57,340 nt of DNA from an uncultured Sulfurimonas sp. (GTDB lineage: Bacteria; Campylobacterota; Campylobacteria; Campylobacterales; Sulfurimonadaceae). Below are positions 41,133-49,976 of the stretch, piece by piece. The notes beneath the pieces were generated by a model that had not been told where the DNA came from, did not search any database, and worked only from the letters and a program-made list of their open reading frames with translations. The DNA is taken from NCBI GenBank assembly GCA_963925755.1, contig CAWUTM010000054.1, positions 1-57,340 on the forward strand, given 5' to 3'. The position numbers and the translations under genes are program-made. Numbering within the stretch: the first letter of the stretch is position 1; each line of letters starts with the position of its first letter.

Positions 41133-41675
41133 CTACATGTGCTTCGACCAAGAAGCTCCTCTTTCTTTTGCATATACCTCATAAGGTAGAGCGAGTATAT
41201 TGTATTCATCTGGCATATCAGAATTTGGAAACATTTTCCACTGTTTAGGTTGCTTTGAAGCTAATTTCATACTTATCATTTTACCTAACTGAATTGCTTC
41301 AGCAAGGGTTGTATGACCTTTATGAATATAAACATGTAGATGCCCATCTGTTTTTGTAGTATATGCTGTAAAATTTATATAACCTTCTTCACGTAGAAGG
41401 AGTTGTGCTTTATGGTAAAAGCGTTCAGGATCTCGACCATTATAATCTATCACAATATTTTCAACTTTATTGTGCTTATTGACAATAGAATGAGCAACTG
41501 TTATATCACCTTTTAGATGTTGATTTATGATAGATTGAGAGAGGGGCTCATTGACTTTTTCAAATTTATTATAAAAAGTACGACCCTTAAAAGGTATTTT
41601 ATCAACGACAGCATCCCTTTTGATCCAATAATGATCACTCACCATTTTTATGAGTTTAAGGTCCATTGCTGTCAT
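41133..41675 (-). CDS. DUF1882 family protein (HP0184/Cj0403-like)
   Basis: [40 protein letters not shown] and [10 protein letters not shown] motifs. Conserved position after glyA. Confidence 0.82.
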   Translation of the reverse strand: MTAMDLKLIKMVSDHYWIKRDAVVDKIPFKGRTFYNKFEKVNEPLSQSIINQHLKGDITVAHSIVNKHNKVENIVIDYNGRDPERFYHKAQLLLREEGYINFTAYTTKTDGHLHVYIHKGHTTLAEAIQLGKMISMKLASKQPKQWKMFPNSDMPDEYNILALPYEVYAKERGASWSKHM

Positions 41676-41688
41676 TGTGACTTCTTGA

Positions 41689-42936
41689 TTAATATGTTGC
41701 TTGATTATAGATTACAAAGTTCTGCGCTAAGGTTTTTAACTCTTCTTTAATAGAAGCTTGAAGTTCTGTATTTGTAATATCATCTAATACGTCAGCCATT
41801 TTATTTGCAATGAGCTCAAACTCTTTTTCTTTCATACCACGAGATGTTAGTGCGGGAGAACCAACGCGAATACCTGAAGTTACAAAAGGACTTCTCGTCT
41901 CACCCGGAACAGTATTTTTGTTAATAGTGATACCTGCATTTCCAAGAGCTGCGTCAGCATCTTTTCCAGAGATTTCTTTACCTACGAATGAAACAAGAAT
42001 TAAATGATTGTCAGTTCCACCGGAAACAACATCATATCCACGTTTTATCATTACTTCACCGAGTATTTTAGCATTTGCTTTTACTTGTTTAGCATAATCT
42101 TTCCACTCAGGAGATAGGTTGTATTTGAAACCAACGGCTTTAGCCGCAATAACATGAACAAGTGGCCCACCTTGAAGTGCAGGGAAGATAGCAGAGTTTA
42201 ATTTTTTTGCTAAATCTTCATCATTTGTCATAATCATTCCACCACGAGGCCCTGCAAGAGTCTTATGAGTAGTAGTTGTAACAACATCAGCATATGGGAA
42301 TGGACTAGGGTGCTCTCCAGCACATACTAAACCAGCAATGTGCGCGATGTCAGCAAATAAAATTGCGCCTACCGCATCAGCAATTTCACGAAATTTTTTG
42401 AAGTCTATTTCACGCGCATAAGCCGAAGCGCCACAAACGATGATTTTAGGCTTAACGATTTGAGCGATATCCATAACTCTATCATAGTTTATACGACCGT
42501 CTAATTCAACGCCATAATAAAATGGAGAGTAGTTTTTACCTGAAAAACTTGGTTTAGAACCGTGTGTTAAGTGACCACCATGGCTTAAATCCATACCTAG
42601 AATCTTATCACCCGCTTTAAGAAGCGCTGCGTAAACTGCACCATTCGCTTGGCTTCCTGAGTGAGGCTGAACATTTGCAAAGTTACATCCAAAAAGCGCG
42701 CAGGCTCTGTCTATCGCTAATTGCTCAACGCCATCTGCATACTCACAACCACCGTAGTAGCGTTTGTTAGGATAACCCTCAGCGTACTTGTTAGTAAATA
42801 CTGAACCCATAGCTTCCATAACAGCTGGTAGTGTAAAATTCTCAGACGCAATCATCTCTAAGTGGTCAGTTTGACGCTCTAACTCTTTTTCACATAAATC
42901 ATAAATTTCGCTATCGTACTCTTTTAAAAAACTCAT
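41689..42936 (-). CDS. glyA: serine hydroxymethyltransferase
   Basis: [34 protein letters not shown] and SGGTDNH motifs. Confidence 0.98.
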   Translation of the reverse strand: MSFLKEYDSEIYDLCEKELERQTDHLEMIASENFTLPAVMEAMGSVFTNKYAEGYPNKRYYGGCEYADGVEQLAIDRACALFGCNFANVQPHSGSQANGAVYAALLKAGDKILGMDLSHGGHLTHGSKPSFSGKNYSPFYYGVELDGRINYDRVMDIAQIVKPKIIVCGASAYAREIDFKKFREIADAVGAILFADIAHIAGLVCAGEHPSPFPYADVVTTTTHKTLAGPRGGMIMTNDEDLAKKLNSAIFPALQGGPLVHVIAAKAVGFKYNLSPEWKDYAKQVKANAKILGEVMIKRGYDVVSGGTDNHLILVSFVGKEISGKDADAALGNAGITINKNTVPGETRSPFVTSGIRVGSPALTSRGMKEKEFELIANKMADVLDDITNTELQASIKEELKTLAQNFVIYNQATY

Positions 42937-42965
42937 GGTATAAATTCCTTGTTATAATTGTTTGA

Positions 42966-42971
42966 ATTATA
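42966..42971 (-). promoter_or_regulatory. putative -10 box (TATAAT) for glyA
   Basis: Minus-strand TTGAGTATAAT about 30 nt upstream of the glyA ATG and its AAGGA RBS. Confidence 0.5.
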
Positions 42972-43027
42972 CTCAACATTTTATAATAAATGACTGAATA
43001 ATAACTTTTGACTCTTTAAAAAATGAA

Positions 43028-45301
43028 CTATTTAAGTTCATTTCTCACTATCTTTACAGCTTCAACCATATTTTTTAAACTTGGTTTTACTTCACTCCAT
43101 TTTCTTGTTTTAAGTCCACAATCTGGATTTATCCATAGTTGTTCTTTAGGTAAGACTTCTAGTAGAAGTCTTATCTGTTTTACTATCTCTTGGACTGATG
43201 GAATTCTAGGTGAATGTATGTCGTAGACTCCTGGTCCCACCTCTTGTTTATACCCAAATTCTTTAAATATTTTGAGTAACTCATTACCACTTCTAGCTGT
43301 TTCTATTGAGATTACATCAGCATCCATCGATTCAATAGTTTCAATGATATTATTAAATTCGCTGTAGCACATATGAGTATGTATTTGTGTTTCTTGCCAT
43401 GCACTTGAAACTGAAAGTTTAAAGTCTTTAACTGCCCATCTTTCATATTCTTTTATCTTTACTTTTCTTAGAGGATAACCTTCTTTAAAAGCAGCTTCAT
43501 CAACCTGAATGATTTTAATTCCTGCTTTTTGAAGATCATCTATTTCATCGTTTATGGCAAGTGCAATTTGTTGAGAGACTTCACTTCTTAATTTGTCATC
43601 TCTTACAAATGACCAGTTTAAAATTGTTACAGGACCGGTAAGCATTCCTTTCAAAATTTTATCTGTTTTACTTTGAGCATAAGTAGTCCATTTAACACTC
43701 ATAGGTTTCGGACGAGATATATCTCCATAGATAAAAGGTGGTTTGACACAACGGCTTCCATAACTCTGAACCCATCCATTTTGAGAAAAACCATAACCAC
43801 TTAACTGTTCACCAAAGTATTCAACCATATCGTTTCTCTCAGGCTCTCCATGAACTAAAATTTCAAGTCCACACTCTTCTTGCAAGGATATACATTCATC
43901 TATATACTCTTTCATTTTTGTTTCATAACTTTCTTGAGTGATAAGTTCACTCCTAAAGTCTCGCCTATATTTTCTTAACTCTTTTGTTTGAGGAAAAGAA
44001 CCAATTGTCGTAGTTGCTAAGTCTTTATACCCCAAAAGTTTTTTCTGAAGTTTTATTCTATCTTTATATTGCCCATCTCTATGTGTTTTACTTATGAGCT
44101 TAACTCTGTTTTGTACCTCTACATTATGAATTAAAATAGATGTACTTCTGCTGTCATTCGCCTCTCTATTCTCTCCAGCTTGAGTGAGTTCATATGCGTT
44201 TAAATCATTCTCAAAAAATAGCTTAGAGATAAGTGATATTTCTGCTAATTTTTCTTTTGCATAAGAAAGCCAATTTTTTATATTTTCATCCATTTTTAGC
44301 TCATGCTCTAATGTAAAAGGAGTATGTAGAAGTGAACATGAGCTAGAGATGATAATTTTATCTTTATCTATTTCTTTTGCTATTTTTTCTAAAAGTTTAG
44401 TAGTAGTTTGGAGATTATTTTTCCAAATATTTCTACCATCAACAACACCGGCTATAAGCTGTTTATCAGATTTTTTTATGATATCTAAGCTCTGAAAATT
44501 TTCATTTCCATATAAAAAATCAAGACCGATTCCCCAGATTGGAGTATGTACTAAAACCTTTGTCGCTTCTGTAGAGTGCTCAAAGTAAGTTGTAACAACT
44601 ATCTTAATGTTTTTACTGATGTTTGAAAGTCTATCGTAAGTCGGTTTTATCAGTGCAATAACTTTTATTTGATTGTCTTTTGAAAAAATAGGTTCGTCAA
44701 TTTGAACAATAACTTCTTGGTCTAATTTTGAGATCTCATAGAGTAACTCTTCATATATTTTTAGAACTTTCTCTAAAAGTTCATATATGTCTCCACCATC
44801 ACTACGTTTAGAGAGCCCTAGATATGTGATTGGACCTATAATATTTATCTTTGTACTAATTCCTATTTCTTTCGCTTCTCTATACTCATTAATAATTTTT
44901 GATGCATTGAGCTTATAGTTATCTTCTAGAGAGAGTTCAGGAACAATGTAGTGATAATTTGTATTGAACCACTTTGTCATCTCCATGGCCAATGCATTTG
45001 TATTTCCCCTAGCCATTGAAAAATACAACTCTTCATCTTTTAAGTTACTAAATCTTGGTGGAATAGCATTTAACATAATAGAAGTATCTAGCATATTATC
45101 ATAGAGAGAAAAGTCATTTGAACTAATAAAATCTATTCCTGCCTCTCTTTGGTAGTTCCAGTGTCTTTTCTTAAGTTCACTCGCTACATCTGTAAGCTCT
45201 TTAAATGAGCTATCTTTAGCCCAAAAACTCTCTAATACTTTTTTTAATTCTCGATGTTCACCAACTCGTGGGAATCCAACTACATAATTTTTTTTTGACA
45301 T
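43028..45301 (-). CDS. metE: cobalamin-independent methionine synthase
   Basis: GFPRVG, MTKWFNTNYHYIVPE, TTTIGSFPQT, HGEPERNDMVEYF, and zinc ligands in HTHMC and NPDCGLKTR. Confidence 0.97.
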   Translation of the reverse strand: MSKKNYVVGFPRVGEHRELKKVLESFWAKDSSFKELTDVASELKKRHWNYQREAGIDFISSNDFSLYDNMLDTSIMLNAIPPRFSNLKDEELYFSMARGNTNALAMEMTKWFNTNYHYIVPELSLEDNYKLNASKIINEYREAKEIGISTKINIIGPITYLGLSKRSDGGDIYELLEKVLKIYEELLYEISKLDQEVIVQIDEPIFSKDNQIKVIALIKPTYDRLSNISKNIKIVVTTYFEHSTEATKVLVHTPIWGIGLDFLYGNENFQSLDIIKKSDKQLIAGVVDGRNIWKNNLQTTTKLLEKIAKEIDKDKIIISSSCSLLHTPFTLEHELKMDENIKNWLSYAKEKLAEISLISKLFFENDLNAYELTQAGENREANDSRSTSILIHNVEVQNRVKLISKTHRDGQYKDRIKLQKKLLGYKDLATTTIGSFPQTKELRKYRRDFRSELITQESYETKMKEYIDECISLQEECGLEILVHGEPERNDMVEYFGEQLSGYGFSQNGWVQSYGSRCVKPPFIYGDISRPKPMSVKWTTYAQSKTDKILKGMLTGPVTILNWSFVRDDKLRSEVSQQIALAINDEIDDLQKAGIKIIQVDEAAFKEGYPLRKVKIKEYERWAVKDFKLSVSSAWQETQIHTHMCYSEFNNIIETIESMDADVISIETARSGNELLKIFKEFGYKQEVGPGVYDIHSPRIPSVQEIVKQIRLLLEVLPKEQLWINPDCGLKTRKWSEVKPSLKNMVEAVKIVRNELK

Positions 45302-45350
45302 GGGTATATCCTTGTAATATCTTTAATATTTTATTTTGAGTTTTGATTGA

Positions 45351-45689
45351 TTAAGATATAAAGAGAGGAGGGTGGACACCGGTTCTTCGAAATGCAAAAC
45401 AGACAGTATAAAAGGGGCATCTTGGGATAAAATGGTTGAGGAGAAGAACTACTTTTGTTTTGAGTCTATAGTAACAGTTACACTGGCAAGGTTTTGAGTT
45501 TAACTCGCAAAGAGTTTCCAAAATTTCATCAGGTGGAGACTCATTTAAGGTATCACTCTCTATAGAAGTTTTGTTTTGAAGATAAAGTTCTGAGGAAGCA
45601 GCACGACTTGCAAGAGTTGGAACTATACTATGTGCTAACATAGAAGAAAAAGTAAAGTAGTTCTTTGCAAAGCCGCGAGGAGATTTCAT
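45351..45689 (-). CDS. hypothetical Cys-rich ORF, candidate leader/arrest peptide of metE
   Basis: 112 open codons fill the lysS-metE gap. ATG lies 3 nt after the lysS stop and the stop lies 49 nt before metE. Six Cys including CQCNC; ends GVHPPLFIS. No clear RBS. Confidence 0.45.
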   Translation of the reverse strand: MKSPRGFAKNYFTFSSMLAHSIVPTLASRAASSELYLQNKTSIESDTLNESPPDEILETLCELNSKPCQCNCYYRLKTKVVLLLNHFIPRCPFYTVCFAFRRTGVHPPLFIS

Positions 45690-45692
45690 AAT

Positions 45693-47210
45693 TTACTCGG
45701 CTTCTGTTTCGTTTCTTTCTTCATTAGCAATTGGTTTCATTGCTGGGAAAAGAAGCACATCTCTAATAGATTGCTCATTAGTTAGAAGCATTACCAATCT
45801 GTCTATTCCTATTCCTTGTCCCGCCGTTGGAGCCATACCATAGCTTAGCGCTTCAACAAAGTCACTATCCATTTCATGCGCTTCGTCATCACCACTGTCT
45901 TTAGCGTCCATTTGACCTTCAAAACGCGATAGCTGATCTATTGGATCATTTAACTCGCTAAATGCATTTGCTATCTCACGACCTGCAATGAAAAGCTCAA
46001 AACGCTCAGTTATATCTGGATTTTCATCACTTCTGCGCGCTAGTGGGGAAATCTCTACTGGATATTCTGTAATGAAAGTAGGGTCTATTAGTTTTTCTTC
46101 AACAAACTCGTCAAACAACTCGCCTTGAAGTTGACCTAAATTCATTCCAGGTTTTACTGTAATGTTTTTAGTTTTCAAATAAGCAACTATAGACTCTTTT
46201 GTCTTACACATTTCTGCGGGAACGCCACCAATTGTTGTAAGTGATTCAATGAGTGGAATCTCAGTAAAGTTGTCGAAATTTACTTCCATCTCACCATAAG
46301 GAAGACGAGTAGGTAGGTTTAAGTGCTCAAAAAGATACTGAAAATACTCTTTTGTAATGTCTATTAAGTCTTTATATGTCTTATAAGCCCAATAAAATTC
46401 GATAGATGTAAACTCAGGGTTATGTGTCGCATCCATACCTTCATTTCTAAAGTTACGGTTAATCTCAAAAACTGCTTCAAATCCACCAACAATAAGGCGT
46501 TTTAAATAAAGCTCCGGAGCGATTCTTAGGAATCTATCAATTCCAAGGGCATTATGATGAGTAACAAAAGGTTTAGCATTTGCTCCACCAGCGATAGGGT
46601 GCATCATAGGAGTTTCCACTTCTAAGAAACCTTTATCTTCAAAGAATCTTCTTGTAAGTGAAATAACTTTAGAACGAGTTTGAAAAGTTTTTCTGACTTC
46701 AGTATTCATAATTAAGTCAAGGTAGCGTTTTCTATATCTAATCTCTTTATCAGTTACCCCATGAAATTTTTCAGGAAGTGGGCTGATAGCTTTTGTTAAT
46801 ATTTTTAAATTCTCAACATGAAGAGACAGCTCTCCTTTTCCAGTTACAAAGGGATAGCCTGCAACTTCAATGATATCTCCAACTTCAATGTTTTTCTTAA
46901 ATATCTCATTATAAAAACCTTCAGCAAGATTATCACGAGCAACATATATTTGCAACATACCACTTTCATCTTCTATTTTTACAAAAGAAGCTTTTCCCAT
47001 CACACGAAGAAGTTTAATACGACCAGCTACAATGTAATGGCGTTTTTCATCGCGTTTATCTTCTTTATCAGCAATATCGGAGTTTACATTCAAATACTTC
47101 TCTATAGTTGTATTTCTTTTAGAATCATTTGAATAAGGGTTGTGTCCTGCTTCTTTTAAAAGTTTCGCTTTTTCTATTCTTTGTTGAATAAATTTATTAT
47201 CAAAAATCAA
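45693..47210 (-). CDS. lysS: lysine--tRNA ligase (class II)
   Basis: [49 protein letters not shown] and GIGIDRL motifs. Confidence 0.98.
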   Translation of the reverse strand: MIFDNKFIQQRIEKAKLLKEAGHNPYSNDSKRNTTIEKYLNVNSDIADKEDKRDEKRHYIVAGRIKLLRVMGKASFVKIEDESGMLQIYVARDNLAEGFYNEIFKKNIEVGDIIEVAGYPFVTGKGELSLHVENLKILTKAISPLPEKFHGVTDKEIRYRKRYLDLIMNTEVRKTFQTRSKVISLTRRFFEDKGFLEVETPMMHPIAGGANAKPFVTHHNALGIDRFLRIAPELYLKRLIVGGFEAVFEINRNFRNEGMDATHNPEFTSIEFYWAYKTYKDLIDITKEYFQYLFEHLNLPTRLPYGEMEVNFDNFTEIPLIESLTTIGGVPAEMCKTKESIVAYLKTKNITVKPGMNLGQLQGELFDEFVEEKLIDPTFITEYPVEISPLARRSDENPDITERFELFIAGREIANAFSELNDPIDQLSRFEGQMDAKDSGDDEAHEMDSDFVEALSYGMAPTAGQGIGIDRLVMLLTNEQSIRDVLLFPAMKPIANEERNETEAE

Positions 47211-47233
47211 TCATTTTCCTTGTTTTATTAGAG

Positions 47234-47710
47234 TTATTTTCTTTGGCATTGGGAACAAATTCCATATATCTGCATGGAATGGTCTTCCATTTTAAAACCG
47301 AGTTCTTTTGTTATGAAATGTTGGCGTTTTTCTATCTCTTCATCTACGAATTCTGTAATTTTTCCACACTCTGTACAGATTAAATGATCATGGTGCTCTT
47401 TTGCGCCAAGCTCATATTTCTTCCCCTGCGCTCCAAAGGAGAGTGATGTTACCACTCCTGACTCTTCAAGAAGGGCTAATGTTCTATAGACTGTCGCTAT
47501 CCCAGTTTTTAAGTCTGGATGCTTATTTTGAATGAGATGATGTAAAGCCTCTGGAGTAAGGTGCGCATCTGAACCGTATAGCGTCTCAAGTATAACTTCT
47601 CTTTGAATTGTGAATTTTAGATTATTCTTTTTGAGAAGTTCTTTAAAACTTTCTAAAAGTTGTTCGTACTCTACAGTTCTATCTTTAAAGTTTGTTGTTA
47701 CGTTTGACAT
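47234..47710 (-). CDS. fur: ferric uptake regulator family transcriptional regulator
   Basis: LK.T.QR, H, GIATVYRTL, HHDHLICTECG and YGICSQC motifs. The cvpA-fur-lysS order matches C. jejuni. Confidence 0.92.
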   Translation of the reverse strand: MSNVTTNFKDRTVEYEQLLESFKELLKKNNLKFTIQREVILETLYGSDAHLTPEALHHLIQNKHPDLKTGIATVYRTLALLEESGVVTSLSFGAQGKKYELGAKEHHDHLICTECGKITEFVDEEIEKRQHFITKELGFKMEDHSMQIYGICSQCQRK

Positions 47711-47716
47711 AGGTTA

Positions 47717-48364
47717 CTACTCAACCTGTTCTTTGACAGTTTTTTCTACTTTCTCTGTTACAGCATCTTTTATAGCATCTGCATGTTCTATTATAATGTC
47801 TTTTGTAACATCATGGGTTGTTGTTTTTATATCTTCTTCGATTTTATCGATAGTACTATTAATATCATCACTAACGGCAACAGGATCCATTTTCATAATA
47901 AAGCCACCGGCTTCAACCATCACTGGAAATAAGAAACTAGTTTGCATGAAAGATTCCATACTTGATTTAACTGACTGAATGTTAAACGCGGCATGAGCTA
48001 TGACTGAAGCTATAAGAAAAAATTTACTTGCTCCAAAAATAAAGCCAAGGATTCTATCAAAAACACCAAGACCACTTAGTGAACTGAGTTTTTTAAAAAT
48101 AGCTCCAAGAATAACCATTAAAATCCAGAACCCTGAGAGTGTCGTGATAAAGCCTAAAAAGCTGACAGCTGAAGGTGAGGTAAAGTTAAATATGAGAGTA
48201 TTAAAATACTCTCCAACACTATCTCCTGCGCGAGAGGCTATAAAAATACCACCAATAATTCCAATAAGGCCAAAGACCTCTTTAAAAAATCCATTGAGAA
48301 TACCTTTTAATCCAAGTAGTAAAATTATGCTTGCTGCAATAATGTCAAAATAGTTAATTTCCAT
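47717..48364 (-). CDS. cvpA: CvpA (colicin V production) family membrane protein
   Basis: D......I.....KG..NGF.KE..G..G and DR.LG..FG..K motifs. Confidence 0.88.
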   Translation of the reverse strand: MEINYFDIIAASIILLLGLKGILNGFFKEVFGLIGIIGGIFIASRAGDSVGEYFNTLIFNFTSPSAVSFLGFITTLSGFWILMVILGAIFKKLSSLSGLGVFDRILGFIFGASKFFLIASVIAHAAFNIQSVKSSMESFMQTSFLFPVMVEAGGFIMKMDPVAVSDDINSTIDKIEEDIKTTTHDVTKDIIIEHADAIKDAVTEKVEKTVKEQVE

Positions 48365-48589
48365 AAGTAAGTTCCGTACGTTTATTTTTTCAAAAAGTTC
48401 ATCATAAAAGGATGCGACTAAAGTTTTAACTTCATCTTTATCCAGTATCTTAAATATTTGCTAATTATACAATTATAAGCATAAATAAAACTTTTGTATT
48501 CTTTTTTGTTAGCTAAAGACAATCTCTAAACATTATTTTATGTATATTAAGGTAAAATCGCAAAAATAATAATTACATAAGGTATGCAT

Positions 48590-49942
48590 ATGAGCACTTG
48601 GAGTCCATCAAGTTGGAGAGAAAAACCAATTTTACAACAACCAACTTATCCAGATAAAGCAAATTTAGACAGAGTATTAGCAGAACTCAAAAATTATCCA
48701 CCACTTGTTTTTGCAGGCGAAGCTCGTTCACTTAAAAGCCAGCTAGCAAATGTTGCCAACGGTAATGCTTTTTTACTTCAAGGTGGAGATTGCGCTGAGA
48801 GTTTTAGTGAATTTCATGCTGATAATATTCGTGATTCGTTTAAGGCTTTAATGCAAATGGCTGTTGTTATGACTTATGCAGGTGGTGTGCCAGTTGTAAA
48901 AGTGGGTCGTATGGCTGGACAGTTTGCGAAACCACGTTCAAGTGATACGGAAACATTTGATGGTATAACTTTAAACTCTTACCGTGGAGATATTATTAAT
49001 GGCTCTGCATTTACGTCTGAAGCACGTATACCAGATCCAGAACGTATGATAAAAGCTTATAATCAAGCGTCAGCAACACAAAACTTACTCCGTGCATTTG
49101 CATCTGGAGGTTTAGCTGACTTACACCAAGTACATAAGTGGACTCTTGATTTTGCGCATCAAAGTGAAGTAAGCAAAAAATATGAAAAACTTGCAGAAGA
49201 TATAGAACGTTCTTTAACTTTTATGGAAGCATGTGGAGTTAATTCAAAATCACATAGAACGCTTAGAGAGACAGACTTTTTTACATCTCATGAAGCACTT
49301 TTACTTCCATATGAAGAAGCGTTTACAAGAGAAGACTCTATAACAGGTGATTGGTATGATACGTCAGCGCATATGTTATGGATAGGTGATAGAACACGTC
49401 AACTTGATGGTGCGCATGTCGAGTACCTAAGTGGTGTTAAAAATCCTATTGGTGTTAAAGCTGGACCAACAATGGATCCTGAAGATCTAGTAAGATTGGC
49501 AAATAAGTTAAACCCAGAGAATGAAGCTGGAAGACTTAATGTTATTGTTCGTATGGGTGCTGGAAAAGTTGGTGATGGACTTCCCGCACTTATAAAAGCA
49601 GTTGAGAGAGAAGGGCTTAAAGTAGTATGGTCGTGTGATCCAATGCATGGAAATACAATTAAATCTTCTACAAATTATAAAACTCGCCCAGTAGATTCTA
49701 TTCTTACTGAGATGAAAGAGTTCTTTGCTGTTCATAAAGCTGAGGGTACTTATGGTGGTGGTGTTCACTTGGAGATGACAGGTAAAAATGTTACTGAGTG
49801 TATCGGTGGTAGTTTTACGGTAACTGAAGAAGATTTATCTTCTCGTTACCATACTCATTGTGATCCACGTCTAAATGCAGACCAGGCTCTAGAATTAGCA
49901 TTTCTTATAGCAGACAGCTTAAAAGATGCGCAAAATAAATAG
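48590..49942 (+). CDS. class II 3-deoxy-7-phosphoheptulonate (DAHP) synthase
   Basis: [43 protein letters not shown] and CDPRLN motifs. ATG 48590 has better RBS spacing than 48584. Confidence 0.95.
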   Translation: MSTWSPSSWREKPILQQPTYPDKANLDRVLAELKNYPPLVFAGEARSLKSQLANVANGNAFLLQGGDCAESFSEFHADNIRDSFKALMQMAVVMTYAGGVPVVKVGRMAGQFAKPRSSDTETFDGITLNSYRGDIINGSAFTSEARIPDPERMIKAYNQASATQNLLRAFASGGLADLHQVHKWTLDFAHQSEVSKKYEKLAEDIERSLTFMEACGVNSKSHRTLRETDFFTSHEALLLPYEEAFTREDSITGDWYDTSAHMLWIGDRTRQLDGAHVEYLSGVKNPIGVKAGPTMDPEDLVRLANKLNPENEAGRLNVIVRMGAGKVGDGLPALIKAVEREGLKVVWSCDPMHGNTIKSSTNYKTRPVDSILTEMKEFFAVHKAEGTYGGGVHLEMTGKNVTECIGGSFTVTEEDLSSRYHTHCDPRLNADQALELAFLIADSLKDAQNK

Positions 49943-49958
49943 AGTTTAGAAAAACTCT
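49941..49958. terminator. weak hairpin between the convergent DAHP synthase and ABC-F genes
   Basis: AGAGTTT-agaa-AAACTCT inverted repeat followed by CTTT. Confidence 0.35.
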
Positions 49959-49976
49959 CTTTCACCATTTACACTC

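Noticed and set aside
45302-45692. Cobalamin or SAM riboswitch upstream of metE
   Set aside because: I read the minus strand and found no B12-box or GGGAA/GCCACTG core and no SAM-I core. An Infernal/Rfam scan would be needed to exclude a divergent element.
47717-48364. CvpA as evidence of a bacteriocin locus
   Set aside because: CvpA is a widespread housekeeping membrane protein, and no toxin, immunity or exporter genes are nearby.
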